A DNA stretch of 64,000 nt from Ignavibacterium sp. GTDB lineage: Bacteria > Bacteroidota > Ignavibacteria > Ignavibacteriales > Ignavibacteriaceae. Under the pieces are notes generated by a model. The model made no database searches. It was not told the origin of the DNA and was given only the letters and a program-made list of their open reading frames with translations. Shown here one piece after another: positions 9,526 to 20,239 of this stretch. A program made the translations under genes and the position numbers. The stretch spans positions 291 through 64,290 of the forward strand of contig JBBIJP010000002.1 of the NCBI GenBank assembly GCA_037445935.1, in the 5' to 3' direction. How positions within the stretch are numbered: the first letter of the stretch is position 1; each line of letters begins with the position of its first letter.

Positions 9526-12243
9526 ATGTCTGAAGAAAAAGTTAAAAAATTAAGAATTGCGAACCTTGCCGGAGATATTAATCTCTCTGCAGACACAATA
9601 TTGGATTTTTTGAAAGGTAAAAATTATCCTGTTAAAACAGCAAATTCTTTGGTTACCGAAGAAATGCTTCAGGAAATTCGCACTCACTTTAAAAAAGATA
9701 TTGATAAGTCATCACAACATCAGAAAAAGTGGGATGAGTTAAGGAAAAAGTATTTCACTAAACCCGAAAAATCAGAAGTTAGCAAGAAAGTTGAAGAAGT
9801 TGTAGAAAAAGAAGCTCCAGTTGAAATTAAAATAATTGATCTGCCAATAGAGACTGAATCTAAACCAGAACACGAAGTAGAAGCTAAGGAATACGCTAAT
9901 ATTTCCGAATTAGAACGTGAGGCAGAAAGTACCTCCGCACCTGAAGTTGAGTTAGAACAACAAATCACAGACTCACAAGCTTACCTAGAAGAGATAGAAA
10001 CTGAAGAGAAAAAAACGAAAAAATTTGTTCAACCTAAAGACACTGATAAGCATAAAATGGCTGGTTTGAAAGTCTTGGGTAAAATAGATTTGGATGAAGG
10101 CAAAAAGAAAAAGAAAAAACGTGAGGAAGCTCCAAAGCCAAAACAGCCGCAGAAGGAAGTTGAACAAAGGGAAGAGGAAAAACCAACTATTGAAGCAGAA
10201 CAAGTTGATGTTAAAGAAGAGCTAGTAGAAAAAGAGAAAAAGAAAAAAATTAAGATTAAGAAGAAAAAAGTAAAAGAAGAAGTTGCGACTGAAGAAATTG
10301 ATGCTAATAAAAAGAAAAAGAAAGGGAAAAAATTCGAGATAGATGAAAAAGATGTAAAGGCTGCGATTAAACAAACTTTGTTATCGATGGATGACGCTGT
10401 TGTTTCAACGAGAAGTATTTTTAAGAAGAAGAAGAAAAAGGAAAGAGAAGCAGAACAAGAAAAATTGCAGGAGCAGAAATTACTTGAACAGAGAAAAATA
10501 AAAGTCAATGAATTTATTGCCGTCAATGAATTAGCTAATCTGATGAAAGTTCCGGTTGGAGAAGTTATTTCTAAATTTATTTCAATGGGACAAATGGTAT
10601 CAATTAATCAAAGGTTAGATGTTGATACTATTACTCTTGTTGCTGATGAATTTGGTTTTGAAGTTGAATTTCAAAAAGAATACTCTGCAGATGCATTAGA
10701 AGACAAACCTGATCCAGAAGAGCTGTTAAAACCACGTCCCCCTGTAGTTACGATTATGGGTCACGTTGATCACGGAAAAACCTCTTTACTTGATTATATA
10801 AGAAACACAAATGTAGTAGCAGGTGAAGCTGGAGGAATAACTCAGCACATAGGTGCTTACAGAGTTGATCTCGGTGAAGATAAGTTAATAACTTTTCTTG
10901 ATACACCTGGTCACGAAGCTTTTACAGCAATGAGAGCAAGAGGTGCTCAATTAACGGACATTGTTGTTTTAGTTGTAGCTGCGGATGATGCAGTGATGCC
11001 TACAACAGTGGAAGCAATCAATCATGCTCAGGCTGCAAATGTTCAAATTGTAGTTGCTATTAATAAAATTGATAAACCGAATGTTAATATTGATAGAATT
11101 AAACAGCAGCTCGCAGATAAAAATATATTGGTTGAAGATTGGGGAGGGAAATATCAATATGTAGAATTGTCAGCCAAAACTGGTAAAAATGTTGACTTAC
11201 TTTTAGAAAAGATTCTTCTTGAAGCTGAGTTATTGGATTTAAAGGCAAATCCAGACAGACTTGCAAGAGGAGCAGTGGTAGAAGCTGAGCTTGATAAGGG
11301 TCGAGGAGTTGTCGCAACAATTCTTGTTCAAAAAGGAACACTGCGAATTGGTGATCCATTTGTTGCAGGAATTTATCATGGTCGTGTCAGAGCGATGTTT
11401 GATGAACGTGGAAATAAAGTGAAAGAAGCTCTTCCATCTACTCCCGTTCAGGTTCTGGGATTCGAAGCGGCACCTCAGGCAGGTGATACATTCATTGTTG
11501 TTGAATCTGAACGCGAAGCAAGAGAAATAAGTTTAAAGAGACAGCAATTGAAGCGCGAGCAGGATCAAAAGCAAATTCATCACTTAACACTTGATGAAAT
11601 AGCAAAACAAATTTCAATTGGCGGAGTGAAAGAGTTACCCTTGATTGTTAAAGGTGATGTGGATGGATCTGTCGAGGCATTGTCAGATGCGTTTATGAGA
11701 ATTTCAAATCAGGAAGTTGTAGTGAAAGTAATTCATAAAGGAGTTGGTGGAATTTCAGAAAATGATGTTCTTCTTGCTGCAGCTTCAAATGCAATAATCA
11801 TAGGATTTAATGTAAGACCAAATGTTAATGCAAGAAAACTTGCAGAAAATCAGAAGGTTGATATTAGACTATACAGTATAATTTACGATGCAATCAACGA
11901 ACTTAAGTCTGCACTTGAAGGGATGCTGTCTCCAATAATATCTGAAGAAGTTACAGCTACAGTGGAAGTTAGAGAAATATTCAAAGTTCCAAAGGTTGGC
12001 ACTGTTGCAGGTTGTTATGTCCAGGACGGAAAGATTGCAAGAAGTAATAAGATTCGATTGATACGTGATGGAGTAGTTATTCATCAAGGCGAAATTCTAA
12101 GTTTGAAAAGATTCAAAGATGATGTTCGTGAAATTGAAAATGGATACGAGTGCGGAATTAGTATTGTAAATTACAATGTTATTAAAGTTGGCGATATAAT
12201 CGAATCTTTTAAAATAATTGAAACCAAAAAAACTTTGAATTAA
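9526..12243 (+). CDS. infB: Translation initiation factor IF-2
   Basis: GHVDHGKT, GGITQHIGAY, DTPGH, NKID, KGDVDGSVEAL, SLKRFKDDV. Confidence 0.98.
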   Translation: MSEEKVKKLRIANLAGDINLSADTILDFLKGKNYPVKTANSLVTEEMLQEIRTHFKKDIDKSSQHQKKWDELRKKYFTKPEKSEVSKKVEEVVEKEAPVEIKIIDLPIETESKPEHEVEAKEYANISELEREAESTSAPEVELEQQITDSQAYLEEIETEEKKTKKFVQPKDTDKHKMAGLKVLGKIDLDEGKKKKKKREEAPKPKQPQKEVEQREEEKPTIEAEQVDVKEELVEKEKKKKIKIKKKKVKEEVATEEIDANKKKKKGKKFEIDEKDVKAAIKQTLLSMDDAVVSTRSIFKKKKKKEREAEQEKLQEQKLLEQRKIKVNEFIAVNELANLMKVPVGEVISKFISMGQMVSINQRLDVDTITLVADEFGFEVEFQKEYSADALEDKPDPEELLKPRPPVVTIMGHVDHGKTSLLDYIRNTNVVAGEAGGITQHIGAYRVDLGEDKLITFLDTPGHEAFTAMRARGAQLTDIVVLVVAADDAVMPTTVEAINHAQAANVQIVVAINKIDKPNVNIDRIKQQLADKNILVEDWGGKYQYVELSAKTGKNVDLLLEKILLEAELLDLKANPDRLARGAVVEAELDKGRGVVATILVQKGTLRIGDPFVAGIYHGRVRAMFDERGNKVKEALPSTPVQVLGFEAAPQAGDTFIVVESEREAREISLKRQQLKREQDQKQIHHLTLDEIAKQISIGGVKELPLIVKGDVDGSVEALSDAFMRISNQEVVVKVIHKGVGGISENDVLLAAASNAIIIGFNVRPNVNARKLAENQKVDIRLYSIIYDAINELKSALEGMLSPIISEEVTATVEVREIFKVPKVGTVAGCYVQDGKIARSNKIRLIRDGVVIHQGEILSLKRFKDDVREIENGYECGISIVNYNVIKVGDIIESFKIIETKKTLN

Positions 12244-12244
12244 T

Positions 12245-12607
12245 ATGTCATCACATAGAATTGATAAAGTAGAAAACCTTATTAAACACGAACTTAGTTT
12301 GATACTGCTGCATAAAGTAAAAGATGTTGATTTAGGTTTTATTACTTTAACCAATGTAAGAGTTAGTCCTGATTTAAGAATTGCTTCTGTTTATGTTTCG
12401 GTTTTTGAAAAGGCAAAGAGACTGATAGTTCTTGAAAAAATAAAACAAAAGTCAGGATTCATCAGGTCTGAACTTGCAAATAGAATTAGTTTAAGATTCG
12501 TTCCTGAGTTAAGATTTTTTCTTGACGATACATTAGACTATGTTGAAAAAATAGAAGGATTAATAAAAAAGATTCACGAAGATGATCAGCAAAAAAATGA
12601 GTCGTGA
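12245..12607 (+). CDS. rbfA: Ribosome-binding factor A
   Basis: ITLTNVRVSPDLRIA, LRFVPELRFFLD; follows infB. Confidence 0.95.
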   Translation: MSSHRIDKVENLIKHELSLILLHKVKDVDLGFITLTNVRVSPDLRIASVYVSVFEKAKRLIVLEKIKQKSGFIRSELANRISLRFVPELRFFLDDTLDYVEKIEGLIKKIHEDDQQKNES

Positions 12608-13289
12608 TTACAGTCCCGATTTTCAAAATGGTGAGATTATTTTAATTGACAAACCAATTAGTCTTTCTTCTTTCAGAGTAATTGAGAAGGTTAGAAAAAT
12701 AATAAACTTCAGAAAAATCGGACACGCGGGAACACTTGATCCATTAGCCACAGGACTGCTGATTCTCTGTACGGGGAAAAAGACAAAAGAGATAGAAAAT
12801 TATCAGGATTTGAGAAAAGTCTATAGTGGTATTATTACTTTGGGATTATATTCTGAATCTTTTGATTTTGAAACCGAAATACATCAATATCCAATTCCTA
12901 ACGACTTGGATAAAGCAATAATTATTCAAGTTTCAAAACAGTTCATTGGAGAAATTGAACAACTTCCACCAATGTATTCAGCTATAAAAAAGAATGGTAA
13001 AAGACTATATCACTCAGCCCGCAATGGGGAGGAAGTTGAACGAAAAAAAAGGAAGATCATTATTTACGATTTTAGAATTAACAAAATTGAATTACCCGAA
13101 ATTTACTTCGAAGTTGAATGTTCAAAAGGAACTTATATCAGAGCACTTGCAGATGATTTTGGTAAAGCACTTAGAAGCAGAGCTGTTTTAAGTTCTTTAA
13201 GAAGAAACAGCATAGGCGAATTCAGCGTAAACGATGCTTTTGAACTGAAGGACTTTTCAGTACTATTTTCAGCAGAAAAAGTGAATTAA
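12597..13289 (+). CDS. truB: tRNA pseudouridine(55) synthase
   Basis: KIGHAGTLDPLATG, PPMYSAIK, CSKGTYIR. Start is either ATG 12597 or ATG 12582. Confidence 0.95.
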   Translation: MSRDYSPDFQNGEIILIDKPISLSSFRVIEKVRKIINFRKIGHAGTLDPLATGLLILCTGKKTKEIENYQDLRKVYSGIITLGLYSESFDFETEIHQYPIPNDLDKAIIIQVSKQFIGEIEQLPPMYSAIKKNGKRLYHSARNGEEVERKKRKIIIYDFRINKIELPEIYFEVECSKGTYIRALADDFGKALRSRAVLSSLRRNSIGEFSVNDAFELKDFSVLFSAEKVN

Positions 13290-13312
13290 AGATTTCCAGA
13301 TTTTGATATACT

Positions 13313-14260
13313 ATGAAAGTGATAAAAGACATATCTGAAATTCAACGAGATGAAAATACAATATTGACAATTGGCACTTTTGACGGAGTGCATAAAGGTC
13401 ATCAGGAGATAATTAAAAAGGTGGTTGAAATTTCAAAAAGAGAGTCTTTGAGAAATTTGATTATTACTTTCTATCCACATCCAAGAAAAGTTATTAATCC
13501 TGACTCAGATATTAACTTACTTACTATACAAGAAGAACAAATTGAGATATTGGATCAATTAGGAGTTGAAAATCATCTCAAAATTAATTTCACGAAGAGT
13601 TTTTCTGAAATTACTTCATATCAGTTCATCAAAGAATATATCGTCGAAAAAGTTGGTGTTAAAAAAATTGTAATTGGGCATGATCATCATTTTGGAAAAT
13701 CGCGTGAAGGAAATGTGGAATTTCTTAAGTCTATATCAACTGAATTTGGATTCGAAGTAATTGAAATTCCTCCATTCAAAGAAGATGATTTTTTTGTAAG
13801 CAGTTCAGTAATCAGAAAAGAGCTCCAAAATGGAAACATTATCCTTTCCAACAAACTACTTGGACGTTATTACCATTTTTCTGGAAAAGTAGTTAATGGT
13901 GACGGACGTGGAAAAACTCTTGGCTATCCAACTGCAAATATTGAGCTTGATAATCAAGATAAGCTACTTCCTATGTTAGGCATTTATGCTGTATTTATTC
14001 TCATTGACGGTATCAGGTTTAATGGTTTGTTGAGCATTGGGAAAAGACCAACTTTTTACAATGATGGCAAAATCATCCCTGAAGTTTTTATATATGATTT
14101 TCAATCTGATATTTATGGTAAAAAGGTCAAGATTGAAATAATTGAAAAAATCAGAGGTGAAGAAAAATTTAATTCACCTGAGGATTTAATAAAACAAATG
14201 GATTTGGACAAACAAAACGGTATAAAGATTTTTAATAAACTAAATCAATTAAATAATTAA
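13313..14260 (+). CDS. ribF: Bifunctional riboflavin kinase/FAD synthetase
   Basis: GTFDGVHKGHQ, TFYPHP, GDGRGKTLGYPTAN, IRGEEKF. Confidence 0.96.
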   Translation: MKVIKDISEIQRDENTILTIGTFDGVHKGHQEIIKKVVEISKRESLRNLIITFYPHPRKVINPDSDINLLTIQEEQIEILDQLGVENHLKINFTKSFSEITSYQFIKEYIVEKVGVKKIVIGHDHHFGKSREGNVEFLKSISTEFGFEVIEIPPFKEDDFFVSSSVIRKELQNGNIILSNKLLGRYYHFSGKVVNGDGRGKTLGYPTANIELDNQDKLLPMLGIYAVFILIDGIRFNGLLSIGKRPTFYNDGKIIPEVFIYDFQSDIYGKKVKIEIIEKIRGEEKFNSPEDLIKQMDLDKQNGIKIFNKLNQLNN

Positions 14261-14307
14261 TTCTGGTATTGACTGGAATTACATTTTACAATTAAAAGAG
14301 GTGTAAT
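14258..14307 (+). promoter_or_regulatory. Candidate S15 autoregulatory leader (two overlapping hairpins, one hiding the SD)
   Basis: TAATTCTGGT-ATTG-ACTGGAATTA stem with G-U pairs; ATTACATTTT can pair with GAGGTGTAAT, which contains the SD. Confidence 0.4.
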
Positions 14308-14574
14308 ATGATTACCAAAGAAAGAAAACTCGAAATACTGAAGAAATTCGGTAAAAACGAAAAAGACTCAGGCAGAGCTGAAGTACAGATCGCTTTATTA
14401 ACAGAAAGAATAAATGACCTTACAAGTCATTTTGATAAACACAAAAAAGACCATCATTCACGAAGAGGTTTGATGATGATGGTTGGTAAAAGAAGAAGAT
14501 TGCTCGACTATTTAATGAAAAAAGACATTGAGCGTTACAGAACAATTATTAAAGAATTAAACATCAGAAAGTAA
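14308..14574 (+). CDS. rpsO: 30S ribosomal protein S15
   Basis: [27 protein letters not shown]. Confidence 0.98.
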   Translation: MITKERKLEILKKFGKNEKDSGRAEVQIALLTERINDLTSHFDKHKKDHHSRRGLMMMVGKRRRLLDYLMKKDIERYRTIIKELNIRK

Positions 14575-14577
14575 AAA

Positions 14578-16695
14578 ATGAACGCAATAAAAAAAGAAGT
14601 AGAAATCGGCGGAAAAATATTATCATTTGAAACAGGGCGATTTGCAAAACAGGCAAATGGTGCAGTAATGGTTCATTACGGTGATACAATGGTGCTGGTT
14701 ACTGCAGTTGCTTCTGAAGAAGTAAAAGCTGATCAGGAATTTTTTCCGCTTCAAGTAGAATACAGAGAAAAAACATCTGCTGCAGGAAAAATTCCTGGTG
14801 GTTTCTTTAAAAGAGAAGGCAAACCAAGCGAAAAGGAAATATTGAGTGCTCGTCTTTCTGACAGACCAATAAGACCTTTATTTCCGGATAATTTTATGAA
14901 TGAAACCCAGGTTATTGCAACCGTATTTTCTTATGATGGAGAAAATGATGCTGATGTACTCGCTGCTTGCGGAGCTTCTGCAGCTCTGACTATCTCTGAT
15001 ATTCCATTTGATGGCCCCATAGCTGAGGTTAGAGTTGGCAGAATAGATGGTGCATATGTCATAAATCCTACCCATAAACAAATTCAAATAAGTGATTTAG
15101 AACTTGTTGTTGCCGGAACATCTGATTCAATTATGATGGTTGAGGGTGAAGCGAAAGAATTGAGTGAAGAAGAAATTCTTGATGCTTTGAAATTTGCACA
15201 CGAAGAAATTAAAAAGATTGTTGCGGTTCAAATCGAACTGAGAGAAGCCACCGGAAAACAAAAATGGATTGTTCCATTCCCTGAAATTGATGAAAATCTT
15301 AAAAAAGATCTTTACGAGCTTGTTTATGATAGGTTTAAAGAAATTGTTTATTCTATCCTATCAAAGGAAGAACGTTCTTCAAAGAATAAAGAACTAAAAG
15401 AGTTTGCAATTTCAAATCTATCTGAAAAATATCCGGAACAAGAAAAGGTCATTGATTCTCTGTTGCACGATTTAGAAAAAGAATTGATGAGAACAAGAAT
15501 TTTGAAAGAAGGAATCAGATTAGATGGGAGAAAGACACGCGAAATTCGTCCAATAACTATTGAGCTATCGGTATTACCAAGAACCCACGGTTCCGCTTTA
15601 TTCACAAGAGGCGAAACACAAAGTTTAACTACTGTTACTTTGGGTACTAAAAATGATGAACAATTAATTGATGGTTTACACGAAGAATATACTAAGAAGT
15701 TTATGCTTCATTATAACTTTCCACCGTTTTCTGTAGGAGAGGTTGGAAAGTTATCTGGTGTTGGAAGAAGAGAAATTGGTCATGGTAATTTAGCAGAACG
15801 CTCCTTGAAACAAGTTTTTCCAAGCGAGGATATCTTCCCTTATACTGTCAGAGTAATTTCTGATATTCTTGAATCAAACGGTTCATCATCTATGGCTACC
15901 GTGTGTGCTGGTTCATTAGCAATGATGGATGCCGGAGTGCCATTAAAAACTTCTGTTTCTGGGATTGCGATGGGTTTAGTAAAACAAGGCGATCAATACT
16001 CAATTCTTTCAGATATTCTTGGAAACGAAGATCATCTTGGAGATATGGATTTCAAAGTTGCTGGCACAACAAACGGAATTACAGGTTTTCAAATGGATAT
16101 TAAAATTCAGGGAATATCTTTTGAAATAATGGAAAAAGCATTAAATCAGGCAAAAGAGGGTCGTTTATTAATTCTTGAAAAGATGAATCAGGTAATTAGT
16201 TCACCAAGACCTAATCTTTCCCCTTACGCTCCAAGATTGATTAAAGTTAAAATAGATAAAGAACAGATTGGTCTTATTATTGGGCCCGGCGGTAAAACTG
16301 TTCAGGGAATGCAAAGATTGTTTGATGTTGAAATTTACATTGATGAAGATGGAACGGTTAACATTGCTGCACCAAATCGGGAGAATGCTCAGAAGTGTAA
16401 AGAATATATTAAAAAACTTACAGCAACTCCTGAAGTAGGTGAAGTTTATGATGGTGTTGTAACAAAGATTATGGACTTCGGTGCATTCGTAGAAATTCTT
16501 CCTGGCAAAGAAGGTCTGCTGCATATTTCACAGATAGATACAAAACGTGTTCAGAAAGTTACTGATTTCTTTAAAGTTGGTGATAAAGTTACTGTCAAGT
16601 TATTAAAGATTGAAGATGGTAAGTTTTCACTTAGCAGGAAGGAATTATTAGAAAACGGTTCTGAGCAGCAGAACAATAAAAAAGATAAAAGATAA
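14578..16695 (+). CDS. pnp: Polyribonucleotide nucleotidyltransferase
   Basis: GKIPGGFFKRE, HGSALFTRGETQ, RREIGHG, SNGSSSMA, GDMDFKVAG, KH and S1 domains. Confidence 0.98.
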   Translation: MNAIKKEVEIGGKILSFETGRFAKQANGAVMVHYGDTMVLVTAVASEEVKADQEFFPLQVEYREKTSAAGKIPGGFFKREGKPSEKEILSARLSDRPIRPLFPDNFMNETQVIATVFSYDGENDADVLAACGASAALTISDIPFDGPIAEVRVGRIDGAYVINPTHKQIQISDLELVVAGTSDSIMMVEGEAKELSEEEILDALKFAHEEIKKIVAVQIELREATGKQKWIVPFPEIDENLKKDLYELVYDRFKEIVYSILSKEERSSKNKELKEFAISNLSEKYPEQEKVIDSLLHDLEKELMRTRILKEGIRLDGRKTREIRPITIELSVLPRTHGSALFTRGETQSLTTVTLGTKNDEQLIDGLHEEYTKKFMLHYNFPPFSVGEVGKLSGVGRREIGHGNLAERSLKQVFPSEDIFPYTVRVISDILESNGSSSMATVCAGSLAMMDAGVPLKTSVSGIAMGLVKQGDQYSILSDILGNEDHLGDMDFKVAGTTNGITGFQMDIKIQGISFEIMEKALNQAKEGRLLILEKMNQVISSPRPNLSPYAPRLIKVKIDKEQIGLIIGPGGKTVQGMQRLFDVEIYIDEDGTVNIAAPNRENAQKCKEYIKKLTATPEVGEVYDGVVTKIMDFGAFVEILPGKEGLLHISQIDTKRVQKVTDFFKVGDKVTVKLLKIEDGKFSLSRKELLENGSEQQNNKKDKR

Positions 16696-16700
16696 TTTAA

Positions 16701-16740
16701 TTGCAGGTTGGAATGGTTGAATTATTATTCTAACCTGCAA
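16701..16740 (+). other. Long stem-loop immediately after pnp (stabiliser, processing site or terminator)
   Basis: TTGCAGGTTGGAAT pairs with ATTCTAACCTGCAA (14-bp stem, 17 bp with G-U extension); no U-tract. Confidence 0.6.
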
Positions 16741-16912
16741 ACATTTATATACAATCAAATGCTGAGAATGTTTTTATTAACTGAAAATAAAAAATATTGT
16801 CTATTCACATCATTTTTTATTCTTTTCTTAGAATGGGTTTTATTCATTAAAGTACAGGATAGCTTCTCCCAAACAAATCAAATTAATTTTCCTGTAATTC
16901 AAAAGATTTTTT

Positions 16913-18481
16913 ATGTTGAAAGAAATAATAATAAATTCCACCTCAGACCAGACTCGCGTTGCGATAACCGAAGATGGCAAACTTGTAGATTTCTTTGTTG
17001 ATTATCCTGAAAACAGGAGAATGGTTGGAGATATTTATCTGGGAAAAATAGCGAGAGTTTTACCCGGAATCAGGGCTGCCTTTGTGGATATTGGAATGAA
17101 GCACGATGCATTTTTACATTTCTCAGATATCGGTGATAGAACAAAACAACTTCAGGAAATGCTCGAAGAAGATGATTTTGATGACGAAGATTCTTATGAA
17201 AATGGTAAATCAAATAACGGTTCAAACGACGAAGATATTTTCAATCAGGTTTCAGTATCAAAAAATTTAAAGAAAGGTCAAAACCTTCTTGTTCAGATTA
17301 CTAAAGAACCTGTTGCTAATAAAGGTGTTAGAGTCACATCATCAATCTCGTTAGCCGGAAGATTTTGTGTACTGCTTCCTTATGACAATAAAATTGGAAT
17401 CTCACGAAAAATTTTAGACTTCAAAGAAAGAAAACGCCTCAAACAAATTGCTCGCAGTATTATTCCTCCTAAATATGGACTAATAATCAGAACTGTAGCA
17501 AAAGATCAGCCTGAAGATTTACTTAAGGACGACTTGAATCATTTGTTAAGAGTCTGGAACCGAATTCAAACTGCCGCAAAAAATGAAGAACCGCCTGCTT
17601 TGATTCATCAGGATTTATCAACCACTGAAAGTGTTATCCGTGATTTATTAACCCCAGACGTTTCAAAAGTTTTTATTGACTCCAAGAAAGCATTTAAGCA
17701 AATAAAACAACTCGTTCAGGATTTTCAACCAGAATTATCTGACAAAATTGAATTGTATAAATCTCCCAAAGCAATTTTTGATACCTTTAAGATTGAAGAG
17801 CAGATAAAAATATTATTTGGACGAAAAGCTCCTCTTCCAAGCGGAGGATATTTAATAATTGAGCATACCGAAGCAATGGTAGTGATTGATGTTAACACTG
17901 GACGTTATGCAAAGAATGCGGAGCAAGAGTTGAATTCATTAAAAACAGATTTGGAAGCGGCGAGAGATATAGCTCGTCAATTAAGACTGCGTGATATCGG
18001 AGGAATTATTGTAGTTGATTTTATTGACTTAGTGGATGAAAAAAACAAAAAAAAAATATACGATGAACTAAAAAAAGAATTCAAAAAAGATAGAGCAAAA
18101 ATTTCATTCCTTCCGATGTCTGACTTTGGATTAGTTGAAATAACCCGCCAGAGAGTTAGGCATAATATAATGCAGGCAATTAAAGATGTTTGCCCTGCTT
18201 GTAATGGAACCGGTTATGTTACAAAAGGAACTCATCTGAACTATGATATAGAAAAGTGGCTAAAAAAATTTAGACAGAACTCAAAAGAAAAATCGATTAT
18301 AATTAAATGTCATCCGGTTGATTATCATAGAATTAAGTTTAGTAAATTTGGTTACCTGACAAAACTTCAGTTGAAATATTGGTTGAGAATAGTTTTGAAG
18401 AAAGATGCATCTGTAACACTCGAACAAGTAAGATTCATTTCAAAAAAATCTGGTGAAGATATTACTGATTTATATAAATAA
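16913..18481 (+). CDS. rng: Rne/Rng family ribonuclease
   Basis: S1 domain (GDIYLGKI...AAFVDIG), [32 protein letters not shown] Zn-link. Confidence 0.93.
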   Translation: MLKEIIINSTSDQTRVAITEDGKLVDFFVDYPENRRMVGDIYLGKIARVLPGIRAAFVDIGMKHDAFLHFSDIGDRTKQLQEMLEEDDFDDEDSYENGKSNNGSNDEDIFNQVSVSKNLKKGQNLLVQITKEPVANKGVRVTSSISLAGRFCVLLPYDNKIGISRKILDFKERKRLKQIARSIIPPKYGLIIRTVAKDQPEDLLKDDLNHLLRVWNRIQTAAKNEEPPALIHQDLSTTESVIRDLLTPDVSKVFIDSKKAFKQIKQLVQDFQPELSDKIELYKSPKAIFDTFKIEEQIKILFGRKAPLPSGGYLIIEHTEAMVVIDVNTGRYAKNAEQELNSLKTDLEAARDIARQLRLRDIGGIIVVDFIDLVDEKNKKKIYDELKKEFKKDRAKISFLPMSDFGLVEITRQRVRHNIMQAIKDVCPACNGTGYVTKGTHLNYDIEKWLKKFRQNSKEKSIIIKCHPVDYHRIKFSKFGYLTKLQLKYWLRIVLKKDASVTLEQVRFISKKSGEDITDLYK

Positions 18482-18492
18482 GGAGTTACTAT

Positions 18493-19140
18493 ATGAAATT
18501 TTTTATTGACACTGCAAACATAAATCAAATAAGAGAAGCACAGTCCTTTGGTATATTAGATGGAGTTACTACAAATCCATCTTTAGTTGCTAAAGAGGGC
18601 AAAGATTTCAGAGCTATACTCGATGAGATATTAAGTATAGTTGATGGTCCTGTTAGTGCGGAAGTTATTTCAACTGATTTTGATGGGATTATAAAAGAAG
18701 CGCGTGAGTATGCAGCCATTCATAAAAATATCGTAGTAAAAGTTCCTTTGATAAAAGAAGGTTTAAAGGCAGTTAAACTTCTGTCATCAGAAAACATTAA
18801 AACAAATGTAACTTTATGTTTTTCGCCATCACAGGCATTGCTTGCTGCAAAAGCCGGGGCAACATACATAAGTCCTTTTGTCGGAAGATTGGATGATATA
18901 AGCACTAATGGTATGGAATTAATCTCACAGATTATTCAGATTTACAGAAATTACAATTTTGATACACAAGTTTTAGTAGCAAGCATCCGTCATCCACTCC
19001 ACGTAGTTGAAGCAGCTTTGATGGGTGCTGATGTTTGTACAATACCATTTAACGTAATTGATAAGTTATTTAATCATCCTCTAACAGATATAGGATTAGA
19101 TAAATTCTTATCCGATTGGAATAAATCTAAAAACAAATAA
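18493..19140 (+). CDS. tal: Transaldolase (short, FSA-like family)
   Basis: [18 protein letters not shown] (Glu) and ISPFVGR (Phe) indicate transaldolase rather than FSA. Confidence 0.88.
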   Translation: MKFFIDTANINQIREAQSFGILDGVTTNPSLVAKEGKDFRAILDEILSIVDGPVSAEVISTDFDGIIKEAREYAAIHKNIVVKVPLIKEGLKAVKLLSSENIKTNVTLCFSPSQALLAAKAGATYISPFVGRLDDISTNGMELISQIIQIYRNYNFDTQVLVASIRHPLHVVEAALMGADVCTIPFNVIDKLFNHPLTDIGLDKFLSDWNKSKNK

Positions 19141-19154
19141 TTCTGGAAAATCAA

Positions 19155-20234
19155 ATGAAGAAAACCAACTTTTATCAGATTCATAAAAATCTAAATGCAA
19201 AGCTTGTTGAATTTGCAGGTTTTGAAATGCCTATTCAATATACTTCAATTATTCAGGAACATAAGGCTGTTCGTAATTCGGTTGGTGTATTTGATGTATC
19301 TCATATGGGAGAGTTATTCATTAAGGGTCAAAGAGCGATGGACTTTGTTCAATATGTAACAACAAATGATGCATCAAAATTATTCCCAGGCAGAGTTCAA
19401 TATTCTGCAATGTGTTATGAAGATGGCGGAATAGTAGATGATCTTCTGGTTTATAAAATCTCTGATCAGGAGTTTATGTTTGTTGTGAATGCTTCTAATA
19501 TCCAGAAAGATTATGAGTGGCTGCAACAAAATAATAAGTTTGATGTTCAGATTGAAAATCAGAGTGATCTCTTTTCACTTCTCGCAGTGCAAGGTCCAAA
19601 TTCGTTAAATGTGATACAAAAACTCATCCACGAAAAAATTGACTTAGCATATTATTATTTTAATTTTCAGAATATACTCGGAAATAAAGTAATCTTATCA
19701 AGAACGGGATACACAGGCGAACTTGGTTTTGAAATTTATTTTCAAGGCGATACCGAAGTTGCAGAAAAAATTTGGAATGCTATTTTTACTGCTGGTAAAG
19801 AATATAACATACAACCAGTAGGTTTGGGAGCAAGAGATACATTAAGATTAGAAATGGGTTATTGTTTGTATGGTAACGATATTGATAAATCAACAAACCC
19901 GATAGAAGCCGGTTTAGGTTGGATTACTAAGTTGAAGAAAACAGATTTTGTTGGTAAAGCTGCTCTATTATCAGCGAAAGAAAATTTATCTCGCAAACTT
20001 GTTGCAATAGTATCCGTTGAAAAAATTTTCCCGCGTCACCGTTCTGGAGTGTCCTTTAATGGAGAGTTAATTGGCAATGTTACAAGCGGTACAGTTAGTC
20101 CGGTACTAGAAAAAGCAATTGCTCTTGCTTATGTTAAAAAAGAATTTTCAGAAATTGGAACTGAATTAAATATAGTAAGTAGAGGTAAAGAAGCTCCCGC
20201 TAAAATTGTAAAATTACCATTTATCAAAAAGTAA
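19155..20234 (+). CDS. gcvT: Glycine cleavage system aminomethyltransferase T
   Basis: FDVSHMGE, SRTGYTGELGFE, GLGARDTLRLEMG. Confidence 0.96.
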   Translation: MKKTNFYQIHKNLNAKLVEFAGFEMPIQYTSIIQEHKAVRNSVGVFDVSHMGELFIKGQRAMDFVQYVTTNDASKLFPGRVQYSAMCYEDGGIVDDLLVYKISDQEFMFVVNASNIQKDYEWLQQNNKFDVQIENQSDLFSLLAVQGPNSLNVIQKLIHEKIDLAYYYFNFQNILGNKVILSRTGYTGELGFEIYFQGDTEVAEKIWNAIFTAGKEYNIQPVGLGARDTLRLEMGYCLYGNDIDKSTNPIEAGLGWITKLKKTDFVGKAALLSAKENLSRKLVAIVSVEKIFPRHRSGVSFNGELIGNVTSGTVSPVLEKAIALAYVKKEFSEIGTELNIVSRGKEAPAKIVKLPFIKK

Positions 20235-20239
20235 TTCTT

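Noticed and set aside
9720-10526. Antisense ORFs rich in Phe/Ser opposite infB (up to 165 aa)
   Set aside because: They mirror the Lys/Glu-rich low-complexity IF2 N-terminus and have no independent coding signal.
11141-11148. GGGGAGGG matching the KOPS consensus
   Set aside because: Only one instance was noticed, inside infB; no skew can be inferred.
16708-17001. 97-aa ORF between pnp and rne/rng
   Set aside because: It starts at TTG inside a hairpin, has no SD, overlaps rne/rng out of frame and has no recognisable motif; better explained as UTR.
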